Source: Octopus bimaculoides
Lineage: Eukaryota
Direction: 5' to 3'
DNA length: 64,000 nt
Assembly (NCBI RefSeq): GCF_001194135.2
Contig: NC_068990.1
Span: forward strand, 48,387,558-48,451,557
Below, in pieces: positions 38,471 through 51,146 of the stretch (positions within the stretch are counted from its first letter, which is position 1; each line of letters opens with the position of its first letter). The notes below the pieces were generated by a model. It was not told where the DNA came from. It did no database searches and saw nothing but the letters and a program-made list of their open reading frames with translations. A program made the position numbers and the translations under genes.

Positions 38471-40054
38471 CTAAAAGAGGAATTTCAATTACAGAATTTT
38501 TATCATATGCCATATGGTACATCACCCTTTGATTCATCAAAATTTAGGCCATTGACCCACTTGAATTATTTCCCTTTGTTTCATATTAATAGCAGCATTT
38601 TCAATATCAAAATATGTGTGCTTTTAATGTTAAAATATATGCATGCTTTTGTGTCCAAACGTGTATGTGCCTGCATGAATGAGTGCACATATCTATGCAA
38701 CTGTGTATAAGTGTATGGGTCAGTGTGTTAATGCATAGATAAATAGATATTATTTCCAAAATGGATGTTTACAAATGCTGACTATGGTATAAAATTAAAA
38801 ACATATGTGTGCATTCATAGAAAAGTGCACATACATAGTTGAATGCAAGCAATCATACATTATCAAATCCCTTGCTGTGTGGAGAAAAATATACAAGAGC
38901 ACATAAGTTCAATCTCATTGTCTATTGATCATAAAGCAATTCTCATTCCCCAACAGGATATTCAGAAGGCTGTTTGGTCAACCAATTAACAATTTATTAC
39001 TTCTCTACAGCTTAAGGCATCATAAATATTTCAAAACAACATGGCTTCAAGCCTTTCACAAAAGAAATCGATTAATATATTTGCTTACAAGCATTTTGGT
39101 GCACTATTAAAATATGAGAAAATTATACACTGTTGGGTTTTGTGTTAAAACAGAGAAATCTGAAATATCCTATCATCATTATTACCATCACGATTATAAT
39201 TTCTATGTCTATTTTCTTTTTCCATTACGATGATAATATGATGACATGAATTAGTAGAAACCTAAGCTTTATGTAAATCGCTCATGGATGATATTATAAA
39301 ACTGGGTGAGTGTAATGCATTTTAAATATTTCAAATCTGAATTGCTCAAACCCAATGGTTTTAAACTAATAGGAGATAGAAATGGTTAAGGAGTAAATGA
39401 AAACTGAAAAGGATTACATTTTGCCACAAAAGATTGGTTGTGTGATTTATAGGATGTATAATTTATAAAGGGAAGACACCAGGTGACGTTAAAAGATACT
39501 TGAGTACATTATAAAACCTTAGATTAGGTATCTGACAACAGAATCTCCCTGTTAACATGAGCTTAAGAAAGCCATGAGCACAATTTTTCTTTCTCAGACA
39601 CATATAAAAAAAGTCTGTTATGGATGGCTTGTATATATCTGAGTTTAATATGAATAGACAAATTATGAGCTAACTTCTCAGAAAGCTGAAATAAACAATT
39701 TGATGTAAAGATGTTGATTTGCAATGAGCTTAAAGGACATCCATAATATATTCAGTTGGAATAATACAAATTATGTAAGAATGCAGAGTGTCAGTCATTT
39801 TTGGTTTGATAATCAATAGCCTAGATAAAAAATATGTAAATCTTACTGATAAGTAGCTTGATATGATTGGAAATAAGTTCTTATGGAAGAACTAACAAAT
39901 GGAGATACATTGGATAATGGCACTGCTGTTAGATTGTACCAAAAGAAATGTGAATACTTATTATTATTATGATAAATATAATGATTAACTATTTCATAGT
40001 TGACAATGGTAGACACACATTTTCTTCTGGCTGCCACTATTATTAGCTTATTGA

Positions 40055-40057
<3 letters not shown>

Positions 40058-40098
<41 letters not shown>

Positions 40099-40485
40099 CT
40101 CTCTCTCTCTCTCTCTCTCTNNNNNNNNNNNNNNNNNNNNNNNNNNNNNNNNNNNNNNNNNNNNNNNNNNNNNNNNNNNNNNNNNNNNNNNNNNNNNNNN
40201 NNNNNNNNNNNNNNNNNNNNNNNNNNNNNNNNNNNNNNNNNNNNNNNNNNNNNNNNNNNNNNNNNNNNNNNNNNNNNNNNNNNNNNNNNNNNNNNNNNNN
40301 NNNNNNNNNNNNNNNNNNNNNNNNNNNNNNNNNNNNNNNNNNNNNNNNNNNNNNNNNNNNNNNNNNNNNNNNNNNNNNNNNNNNNNNNNNNNNNNNNNNN
40401 NNNNNNNNNNNNNNNNNNNNNNNNNNNNNNNNNNNNNNNNNNNNNNNNNNNNNNNNNNNNNNNNNNNNNNNNNNNNNNNNNNNNN

Positions 40486-40538
<53 letters not shown>
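40058..40538. repeat. (CT)n - N gap - (CA)n microsatellites
   Basis: Directly visible, with the gap at 40121-40485. Confidence 0.97.
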
Positions 40539-40541
<3 letters not shown>

Positions 40542-41114
40542 ATGTCATGCACATTCAAACATACAAACCAATTCACAATAATGCCAGATCCAGGTTGCAA
40601 GCAGTCTGAATTTTATTTTACCTATTTTTATTGTTATTGCCACCAGTTTATTGTTACACAACATATGAGTGAAAAGTTATCAGCAAATAGCAGCAAAATA
40701 TGAACGTTATAGCAAGTGAAGAAAACAGCTAAGATTGTTCATGCCCCAGTTTTGACGTTTTGGTGGTGTTTGGTGAAGAAATGCCTGACTCAAGAAATAA
40801 GACAGTCTCAACTGAACACATTAAATAAATGACACTAATCTTATGAAGACAAACAGAACAAAGGAAATCTGAATACATCAAAATTATATTTGACTGATGC
40901 TGGTTTTCCTGTTATTGTTGATGTTAGTAATGGTGGTGCTAATGTTGACATTACTGCTGTTGTTTTTGTTGGTATTAGTAACAGTATTGATAGTTGTATT
41001 GCTGGTAAGTTCTTGTTCTGTTCTGGTATTGTTTCTCATTGTCATTGTTGCTACTGGTAACAGTTGTGATGCCCTCTCAGAAACTCTGTTCTGCAATGTT
41101 TGAATAGGTGTACA

Positions 41115-41116
<2 letters not shown>

Positions 41117-41158
<42 letters not shown>

Positions 41159-41626
41159 NNNNNNNNNNNNNNNNNNNNNNNNNNNNNNNNNNNNNNNNNN
41201 NNNNNNNNNNNNNNNNNNNNNNNNNNNNNNNNNNNNNNNNNNNNNNNNNNNNNNNNNNNNNNNNNNNNNNNNNNNNNNNNNNNNNNNNNNNNNNNNNNNN
41301 NNNNNNNNNNNNNNNNNNNNNNNNNNNNNNNNNNNNNNNNNNNNNNNNNNNNNNNNNNNNNNNNNNNNNNNNNNNNNNNNNNNNNNNNNNNNNNNNNNNN
41401 NNNNNNNNNNNNNNNNNNNNNNNNNNNNNNNNNNNNNNNNNNNNNNNNNNNNNNNNNNNNNNNNNNNNNNNNNNNNNNNNNNNNNNNNNNNNNNNNNNNN
41501 NNNNNNNNNNNNNNNNNNNNNNNNNNNNNNNNNNNNNNNNNNNNNNNNNNNNNNNNNNNNNNNNNNNNNNNNNNNNNNNNNNNNNNNNNNNNNNNNNNNN
41601 NNNNNATATATATATATATATATATA
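41117..41626. repeat. (TA)n microsatellite spanning an N gap
   Basis: Directly visible, with the gap at 41159-41605. Confidence 0.97.
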
Positions 41627-41993
41627 GGTAGTAATGACTTGTAGGTACATGATATTTTATCATGCAACCATAATATACTATAAAGTGCACTTTTTATATT
41701 ACTTGTTGAGGTTATCTCTACAGATATTCTTTAGAAATTATAGCCAGCACTGATTTTTGTTACTACATTTCGTATACAAGATGTCAGATGTAAATAAACA
41801 ATGAGACTGAAGATGAGAAAAGGGTACTGACTTATAGAAACATTTAATATACTTTATAGTATATTATGGTTGCATAATGAAATTCCGCATACCTACAAGC
41901 CATTAGTATTTGTGTACCCAGCTTCCAGGAATGCATTTAATATGTAAATTGGTATATCCAATAACCAGAATCCACTGTATACAGTGGCTATTT

Positions 41994-42103
41994 AAGTAAT
42001 GTGTTTGAGGATGATTAAAGGGTTAGATGGGTGCTGATGAAGGGGAAAAGCCCCCGAAATATGGTATATACACCCATTATTCTTTTCTCTTCCTAACATA
42101 CCT
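41994..42103 (+). mobile_element. 110-bp hammerhead-containing unit flanked by 10-bp direct repeats (putative TSD GTGGCTATTT)
   Basis: gtggctattt occurs at 41984-41993 and 42104-42113, and the unit carries the hammerhead motif centrally. Confidence 0.55.
42027..42077 (+). ncRNA. Minimal type I hammerhead ribozyme, Penelope/retrozyme-style variant
   Basis: atgggtg (42027-33) CTGATGA (42034-40) a gggg aaaagc cccc GAAA (42056-59) tat ggt ata T A (42070) cacccat (42071-77). Stem I is a perfect 7 bp, stem II 4 G-C bp, stem III A-U closed, and the cleavage triplet is AUA. Confidence 0.75.
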
Positions 42104-42112
42104 GTGGCTATT

Positions 42113-42521
42113 TCGTTAAAAGATTTAAGACTTTTGCAGGTGATCCCTATTTCAAAACCTAGAGTTTTTTTTTGAGAGAGGGTATGAGAGAGGGTAAGAG
42201 AGAGCAGGGAGAAAGAGATTTTGTTGCTAGTTTGAAGTCCCCCATAACTTATAATTGTTGCTGTTGTATGTTGTGAGTTGAATAGGAAAATATGTGATTT
42301 CATCATCATCATTTAATGTCCATTGAATGAGGATGATGAAATCACATTTTCTTATGCAACTCACAACACGGTTATGCAACAACAATTATAACAGTTATGA
42401 AGGACTTCAAAATGGCAACCAAATCTCTCTCTCTTTCTCTCTGTCTCTCTCTTTCTCTCTCATAAAAACTCCAGGTTTTTAAAATAGGTATCACCTGCAA
42501 AAGTCTTAAACCTTTGAACAA
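42113..42521. repeat. ~400-bp inverted duplication (hairpin) with almost no loop
   Basis: 42113-42318 is the diverged reverse complement of 42321-42521 (e.g. tttaagacttttgcaggtgat / atcacctgcaaaagtcttaaa), centred at 42319-42320. Confidence 0.88.
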
Positions 42522-44148
42522 ATGATATAAAAATGAATCTTCCTAAATTTTCTTTTTTAATAGTGAGATTTTGCAAGTGTATGTGTGTGTGTGTTTATGT
42601 TCATCTGAGGTTCATGCTTTTTCATTTACATTTTTGCTTGTATTTTAAAATCAGTATAATTGTTCTCAATTTCTAGATTCTAAATGAGTTGACAATGTTG
42701 GTCTGAGTAGTTGATAATATTAGTGGATGTAATCCTTACTTCAGGCCTTGGGTGTATGCTTGTGTGTGTATGATTTTGTTAAATTTTTCAGGACTTTTGA
42801 GTTATGGCATTTTTCTTTTGTTTTTCTATTATCTTGAAAGAAGTGGCTGAAACTTGTGGTCTTGTATTTTGTTTTGTTCCCTTGTCTAAATTTGTGACTG
42901 CTTGTTGTGATGGTGTTAGTTTAATGCCTTTTCTGTAAAGACACTTGAACATACTTTCTGTATCGGCAATGTAGCCTATTTTCATTTTCTCTGATGGCAT
43001 GTATAAATTTTGCTTAGTGAGTTACTTGAAATCAAACAGTATTTGATTTCCAAAATTTTCCGAATTAACAAAATACAAGGATAAAATAACCACTACAAAT
43101 AATATTCACTTACAGTCTAGTCTTCAGAAATATAGAAATAATGTAATAAAAAAATAAAAAAGAATTTATATTTCAGACAGTAGTAATATGAGAAAAAATG
43201 TCAGTGAGGCCTCATAAATATGCTACTGAAACTCAAAGAAATTCTATGAAAAATATATAGAGTTTAAATTTAATTTCTTTTATTTTATCACCCCATTGTG
43301 TGCTAACACACTGAAACAGGAAATACTCTAAAAATATTACATCAAATGAAAGAACTCTATGCTTTGATCTTAAAGTGCTAACTATAAAGGTCAAGGATTT
43401 GTGAGCCAGTCCAAATTTTGATCATAGAATAAAACTTCTTTGTTGTCAAATGTTTCAACCAAAAACTATGAATAATTAATTGGAACAGATTTGTTTCTTC
43501 CTGGCAAATTTTTAACTTCAATTTTCCATGCTAACAGAAATTGACTGATCCTGTAAATTAATGTTTTCACAAATTGCTATCCTTTATGCAGCAGTGATAC
43601 CCATATTTTGGTTTGTCAGACTACTTTATGTTCAGAGGAATAGATTCAATTGGGGAAATGTAAGCTGTCGAACTGCAAGTGGATTTCTAGGCAGTTTAAT
43701 GCTTCACCATTAAGATTCTCCCCCCCCTCTCTCCATCACCACATTCTGGTAGTCTTTTTCTTCAAATAGCTGCAATCAAGCAACCAAGTTCTCAATTCTA
43801 TGTCATGTGACTCTGTTAATAACACCAATGTAGTTAAGAGGTCTGTACTCTCTATTAGAGTGTAGAGGTTTCCAAAATATAACATATGACTTGGTGTTCA
43901 ATACAAAAATGGTGGCCAGCAAAGCCTATCTTGCTTTGAGCACCAATAATAGAGATGGATGGAATGTGCCTATAAATCTCCTCTTTGGTTTTTAAATCTT
44001 CATGAAAAGCTTAGTGCATATATCAAGGCAATCTTGAAGCTACTTCACAATCCAGGAGAAAAATGCTCTTTACTACACTCTCCATTATAAAATACACTAG
44101 AGAAGTAATTACAAAATGTAAAAAATTCTGCAGAACAAAATAACATAA

Positions 44149-44149
<1 letters not shown>

Positions 44150-44205
<56 letters not shown>

Positions 44206-44345
44206 GGAAGAGAGAGAGAGGAAGGAGAAGAGAAAGAGAGGGAGGGAGGAGAAGAGAGAGAGGAAGGAGAAGAGAGAGAGGAAGGAGAAGAGAAAGGGGG
44301 AGGGAGGGAGGAGAAAAGAGATAGGAAGGAGAAGAGAGAGAGGAA
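44150..44345. repeat. (TG)n followed by purine-rich GAGGAAGGAGAAGAG repeats
   Basis: Directly visible. Confidence 0.9.
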
Positions 44346-44539
44346 ATGTAGTTAGGACTCAAAAGAAATTACAACTCACAAATATTTCCGCTAACCCTCC
44401 CAAAACAGCCAAGTTTCTAGCCCAGTTATTATCAATCTCTTAATACTTACATTACTTTTATGTAGAACAGAAAATTGCATGTCATCACTAAATAGAGGGA
44501 TTTTGAAAACCCATTATTTTAATCTACTATACCAATAAT

Positions 44540-44700
44540 AATAATTTCTTGCATAAGCACAAGGTCAGAAACTTGAGGGAAGGGAATAGTTGATCATATC
44601 AATCCTGTCACTCAACTGGTACTTAATTTATCTATCCCAGAAAAGTGAAATGTAAAGTCAATTTCTGCAGCATTTGAACTCAGAACATAAGGGACTGTCA
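44540..44700 (-). mobile_element. SINE-A copy
   Basis: caactggtacttaatttatctatccc...gcatttgaactcagaac. Confidence 0.7.
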
Positions 44701-45027
44701 CTAAATACTGCAACACACATAAGCTATATCATCACCTGACTAACATTCATGTTTGTAGAGCAACAATGTTGTATGGATATATTAAAAATATAATTAAAAC
44801 CACTTTAGAGGTACATCGAATTCTTTGGACAAAATACAGATTTAAAACTAACATTTAATCCAACTATTTATCACTGATGTTAATTAATAAAGCTGGAGAT
44901 ATTTAGATGTGAATAAAAATTTCCAATGGAGATGAATATCAATTGAAATGAAACATTTTCAAAAATTAACTTGGTTGTGAACTCAGTTGCACCAAGAACT
45001 TAGTGCAGCACTACAATCCCTTCAATG

Positions 45028-45059
<32 letters not shown>

Positions 45060-45589
45060 CTCAACATTAATCACTGTTGGATTTGTTGATTCAAATAATT
45101 TAATTAATTCAAAAGTGACAATCATGTGGTATAATTAAATTCCCATACCATTATATTTATAAACTAAAATATTTGCCTTTTTTTTTTACCCCTTCATAAA
45201 TATTTCAGAAATTATTAATAAAAGAATGAAATAAAATAATCTTTACTCAGTAATTATTCATAGAATGAGAAATTAAAATTTTATATTTTTAAAAATTTCA
45301 CCAATTTTCTTAATATTCTTTCTCCAATATTTGTACTTTAAAAAATTATGCTAAGGACATCTTATTAAAAAAAAATCTTTACTCATACCAGCATGGAAAA
45401 TGGATGTTAAATGATGATGATGATAAACTTGTCTGATTTATTTGAATAGTAACAAAAACCAGAAAGACTTGCAGTTATAAAATCACAAATTTGGGATTGT
45501 GGTAGTCATAGTACCAATTCAAGAAAGTAAAATATAACATTGATGGAGAGAAGTAAAAAACAGTAGATGACACAGACAGGCTGGAGAAG

Positions 45590-46335
45590 AAAATGGCAGC
45601 CAGTGACAAGATTTAAGAACCACAATGGCAGCCAGTGACAAGATTTAAGAACCACTAGCAAGACACAAAAGCAGATGCATAAAATAAGAGGAAAGGCAAG
45701 TAGAGTAGCAACCACTAATAAGATACAAGGAGAGTGTCAACTAGGCAAAATACAAGGGCTGTGGCAACCACTGACAAGACAAAAGGGAAGTGGCCACCAC
45801 AGTTAAGATTCAAGAGCAGTGGTAATCACTGAAGAAGAATGGCAAAGAAAGATACAAGATTTATAACATCCACTGACAAGTTGCAAGGGGAGTGGTAATG
45901 GCAGACAAGATGCAAATGTAGAACTAACCACTGACAAGATGTAGGAGAAGTGGTAAACACTGACAAGAATCAAATGGAATGCCAAAAGAAGTGGCAATCA
46001 CAAGTAAGATATGGAATTAACTACAAACATGTGGCAGGAAAATGGCACCAACAAACAGATGAAAAGGAGTGACAGTAACAAGCAGGTAAATGTTGACTGA
46101 AAACTACAGATAGATAACTGAAGCAGTAGCAGCACATGGTAGGTGCCTGAAACAATAGTAGGTAAATGAAACAGCAGCCACAGTAGTTAACTGAAACAAT
46201 GGCAGCCACAGGTTGGCAGCTGGAATAGTAGGAGTCACATGTAGACAAGAGGAACAATGCAACTACAGCACAGGTAGCTAACTGAAACAGTAGCAGCCAC
46301 AGGTTGGTGATTGAAACTGTAGCAGTCATAAGCAG
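45590..46335 (+). repeat. Two adjacent degenerate minisatellites (~27-32 bp GTGGCAACCACTGACAAGA units, then AACTGAAACAGTAGCAGCCACAGG units)
   Basis: There is an exact 32-bp duplication (aatggcagccagtgacaagatttaagaaccac) and many ccactgacaag cores. The second motif recurs at about 46110-46335. Confidence 0.7.
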
Positions 46336-48739
46336 GTTCTAGTAAAGGAAAACTATAGACAGAAGTCAGGATGGGATATCATAATTATAGTTAGAAGCCA
46401 GAGTACCAGAATGAAGTGACCGTAGATGGAATAGTAATGATTATTTGAGAGAATATAATTTTTACAAAGCATACTGACAATGAATTTTACAGAAAATCAG
46501 AGCTGAAATAATAAAGCCTAATTTTTCTAAATACTGATTATGGAATTAAAAATTTGATGGATTACCTATCATATCTGTTATGTTGTAGTTTATAGTGCAA
46601 GGTGATAGAATATAGCAAATTTGGAATCAAATGTGAAGTATGACAATCACAAAGAGGAATTGGAAAATTAAGTATGACAGCTAAAAACAGTAAGTTGAAA
46701 GTATGATAGTCAGAAAGGTGGTGTTGACTGAGCAGTGCAAACATGACAGAGAGGTGCTATGATATGATGTGTGAGAGTCACAGAGAGAAGCTGGGAAGGG
46801 AACTGTGAAAGCTACAAAAATGAGATGGGAAGGGAAGAGTCACAGAAAAGAGTCATAAAGTGATATGTGATAGTCACAGAGAGAAGTTGAGTAACAAAGT
46901 ATGAGAGCAAAGAAAAAAGATGAGAAGTGAAGTATGAAAGTGACAAACTGACGAAATAAAGTGTGACAGTAGCAGAAAGAATCAAAATATGTTATGTAGG
47001 AGCGTATTAAACTATGATTATCCTTTCATAAATAAATCAATGCAGAACATAAAATAAGAGGTTGAGGAAGCAATTTAAATTTTCTTGTAATCCTTTTAAA
47101 ATCTGTGGAAGATTTTAATCATTTTCTCTTCAATATTATAAAAATGTTGACAATTTAATACATAAAGAACTTGAAGAAACTTATAGAAACATGTCAAGCT
47201 ATAAATAATAAGTGGAATAGATGAAAGGAACAGTAAAATGAAGTGACAGCTATATCTGTCTACATTTTTTAGAAATTTTATTCTTAAAATATAAGTGCTG
47301 ACAGCAATTATTTCAATACAATGATAAAACAATTAAAAATAAGAATGATGCAGAAATATTTATGAATATCTAATTGAATAACATGAATAACATAATTTTT
47401 CAGGTAACATACAAAGCCAATCCCACATCTCAATACTCAATCTGTTTTTATGTTATGCATTAGCCCCAGAGTAGCCCTGATAAAGTAGATTGACTAATTT
47501 GGTAAAAAAAATTGTAAAATAAACTATAGGCCATAACACAAGAACCTATGATAGTGAGTTTATTTCAATCAATAAAACTGAAAATATTGAAAAAGAATCA
47601 ACTTATCTACAACATTATTCTGCTGTGGTTCATATATGTAATGCTTAAACTATGGAAGGAAATCAAAGACAATCTTTTATACACACAACATTTATACTCT
47701 TCAAAAGACAACTGGCCAATAAACTTTGGTGCATCATTTATATTTTTCTTTGTACAATCAACTGATAAATAAATATTTAAAATTAAGTATGATATGTATG
47801 CTAGTGATTTTTCTTTATATATTTTTAGAATTCATGGCTTAATGGAGCAAGTACTAAACTTTATTCATTGGACTGATAGCAACTTTCTCTGATATCAAAA
47901 TTTGGATGTAGTACTTAAGAGCCAGCCATCATCTGTGAATGAGCATGGTTTGGTAATTATTTTAGGTTCCTATGTAATTGCATTGTTGACAATGACAGGC
48001 AAACTAATATAATATAATATATAATTGCAAGTAAACATAGACACTTTTTAACTCACCACCCTTTGACCCACGGGCACATCCAGAATATGACAGCTGGAGA
48101 AGGGAGAGGGCTGCACTCAGCTGGCACTCATTTTCAACTGAATATACTCAAGCATATTGAAATGAACAGTCTTGTCCAAGAACTGAACTCCTTAAACACT
48201 AAACCTTTACAGAATTTAAAACAGCATATTAAGATTTGTTGAAGCTTTACCAATGTAGCCATACAATATCAGAATAATATTATAGATAAGGTTTTTAATC
48301 TCATTTCATAGTTAAAATTGTTTACTTCTTGGAATAAAATAAAAATAATAGATGCCAGCTCTCAAGGTAGAAGAGGTGAAAAGTGTTTAACAAAGAATAA
48401 GGATGTTATTCAAAAATATTATATCCTAAGACCACACCTTCAATACTACCTAAGAGGACTTTACACCATCTCAAAAATCAAAATGCTTCAAAACTAATAA
48501 AATTTTAAAAGAAATTCATGGTTCTCTATACATTTCCAACAATTTCATAACTTTCAAAATAACTGTGGAATTTCAAAGATACTGCTAGATTATAATGATT
48601 ATGAGTGAAATAAATTTCTTTGAACTTTGAAATTTTAATTGTTGTTGCTTTGTTGACATATTTGCTGACTTTTTAAAATGAATCATTATTTTGTGGATGG
48701 GGGAGAGTAAGTAGAGTAACAGATACATCACTTCATGGC

Positions 48740-49552
48740 CATCTTGAGCTCAGAACTCACCAAGGTCAATTTTCATTGTCATCAACATGTTTCAAGGTAT
48801 TCGTTCTAGTTCTTTACATTCTGAGTTCAAATCCTACCAAGGCCAACTTTGCTTTGCATCCTTTTTTAACCAATAAAATATAGTACCAGTCAAGTACTAG
48901 GGTTAATAGTATGGACTAATCCCTTCCCTTCAAAACCTGCTGACCTTATGTCTAAATCAGAAACAAGTACAAAATATGCCTTGCAGTGTTTCTTCTGGCT
49001 CTTTATATTCTGAGCTCAACTTTGCCTTTTACCTCTCCAGGGTCAATAAAATAAATTACCAGTCAAGCAGGTTGATAGATTCAACTAATCCTCTCCCCTC
49101 AAAATTGCTGGTCTTGTGCCTGAATCAAAAACCATTAAGGGCAGTTGATCAGTAAAATCATTTGAGCATTGAGAAAAAAATGCCTTGTGGTGCTTGTTTA
49201 ATTTTCCAGGGTTGATAGAATAAAGTGACAATCAATGGGATTAATGGAATAATGGTATTGACTACCCTTCTCACTCTCAAAATTTCTGGCCTTGTCCCTA
49301 AATAAGAAAACATTATCATTTGAATTAGAATTAGAGAGAATTTGAATTAGCAGTGAGCTGGCAGAATCATTAGCATGCTGGACAAAATCCTTAGTGGTAT
49401 TTCGCCCCATTCTGAGTTCAAATTCCACCGAGGTCGACTTTGCCTTTCATCCTTTCAAGGTTGATAAAATAAGTACCAGTTGTATACTGAGGTCAATGTA
49501 ATCAACTCATTCTTTTCCCCAAAATTGCTGCCCTTGTGGCAAAGTTTGAAAC

Positions 49553-49586
<34 letters not shown>
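48740..49586 (+). mobile_element. Tandem cluster of ~4 SINE-A copies/fragments; the last (49349-49553) is near full length with an (ATT)n tail
   Basis: cagtgagctggcagaatcattagc...ctgagttcaaattccaccgaggtcgactttgcctttcatcctttc. Confidence 0.82.
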
Positions 49587-50155
49587 GAGTAAGAGAGCAA
49601 TGCATGACATCAAAGTGACACTGGGATAAAATATACAAAGCCCAATATACCCATCATGACTACTCATCTGATAAGGATACACCAGGTACATGCATCACAA
49701 CCATATGTGCGTGACATGGTGATCTTATATAAAGATAAACAGTGCATGACCTTGCAGCTGGGGCCCAGTTAGAATTTTCTTTGGGTTGAGTAGTCTATCC
49801 CACTCAAAAGGTGCCTGAATAAAGTTTATTTAAGGACAATGAACAAAAAACTCATGTTTCCAGAGGTCAATTCTTCGAATCCCAAGGAATTCCTCTAAAC
49901 ACATGGCTATGATGCTCCCCAACTACTTCTGCTCATGATCAGAGATGCACGCATTGTCAGCTACTAAGGGACATGCCCAAATGGTTTTGGTCAAGCAACT
50001 GATAAGCAAAACTATGGTATGAAGCAGGTAATTTGCTGTAGCCCATCTTTTATACCAAGACAAAACAATGTACATGATAACACTTCCAATTAGTTAAGAT
50101 GAGAAGCCATGAGAGCCACTACTTGGTACTGTATCTGGACATTTCTATTGCATGA
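49587..50155 (-). mobile_element. Unclassified (AAT)n-tailed element, copy 3 (longest)
   Basis: Colinear with 7373-7909, with (ATT)n on both sides. Confidence 0.82.
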
Positions 50156-50291
<136 letters not shown>

Positions 50292-51101
50292 TAGCCACAG
50301 ATATTACAATTGTGCAAAAGAATGTTTGAAACAATTAATGAATATAATTTTACCAACATGATTATTTTTGTTGTTTACTAAGTAGTAACTAAGTAAAAGT
50401 CTTTTTTAAAAAAAATATAAATAAATCATTGACAAATATTTAAGATTATAAAAGAAAAATAACTATTCAAGATTTATAATTCTTCTATGTATTATATTTT
50501 TACCAAATAAGCATCTGCTCAAAGAAAATATTTTAGTATTTTTGAGAAAATTCAGATATTATTTGAAGAAGGAAAAAGTTTAAAAAAAGAAAATTATAAT
50601 TTGCCCGTTATTGTTTTTTGTGAAACAATTTCCAGAGGAGATAAAAAATAAAATAATAAACTATTTACAAATGAAAACTTTCAACTGTTTAAGAAAATGG
50701 AATTTAGAAAAATCTACAACTAGTGGCTAAAGAATTAGAGGTGGCATTTAAAAGCATTCAAAGATATGTTTTCATTAATTGCCCGATTTCTTAAAAATAA
50801 CAAGTAAACAAAAACATTAGTAGAATTGTATATATTTTAAAGGACAAACCTATCTCTTGCATGATATTGGTGACAAGAATGTTTTTGTTTTTACTCTTTT
50901 AATCAGGAAGGAAATCAGTATTCGTGGCTCTTTGAAGAACCTCCAAGACTAATGGGAAAGAAGGAGAGATGGAAGAGGGAGGTATCCTAAAACTGAAGAC
51001 CTACCTCAAATAGTGTTGAATAGTGACTTATTAAATCTGAACCCAAGTAAGCCAGTCAGATTTGAACTGAAAATGCAAAGAAATGGAACTAATACTGCAA
51101 G

Positions 51102-51146
<45 letters not shown>

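Noticed and set aside
42788-43000. 70-aa minus ORF (and a candidate exon near 52300-52357) as upstream exons of the host gene
   Set aside because: More than one frame and splice choice is possible, and none can be supported without transcripts or homology.
45590-46335. CRISPR-like repeat/spacer appearance (also 4661-4808)
   Set aside because: The repeats are degenerate, the spacers are related to each other, there are no cas genes, and the context is eukaryotic.
47829-47955. Plus-strand exon-like stretch with a single in-frame TGA (selenocysteine idea)
   Set aside because: There is no SECIS, no recognisable selenoprotein motif and no supporting plus-strand exons, so it is explainable by chance.
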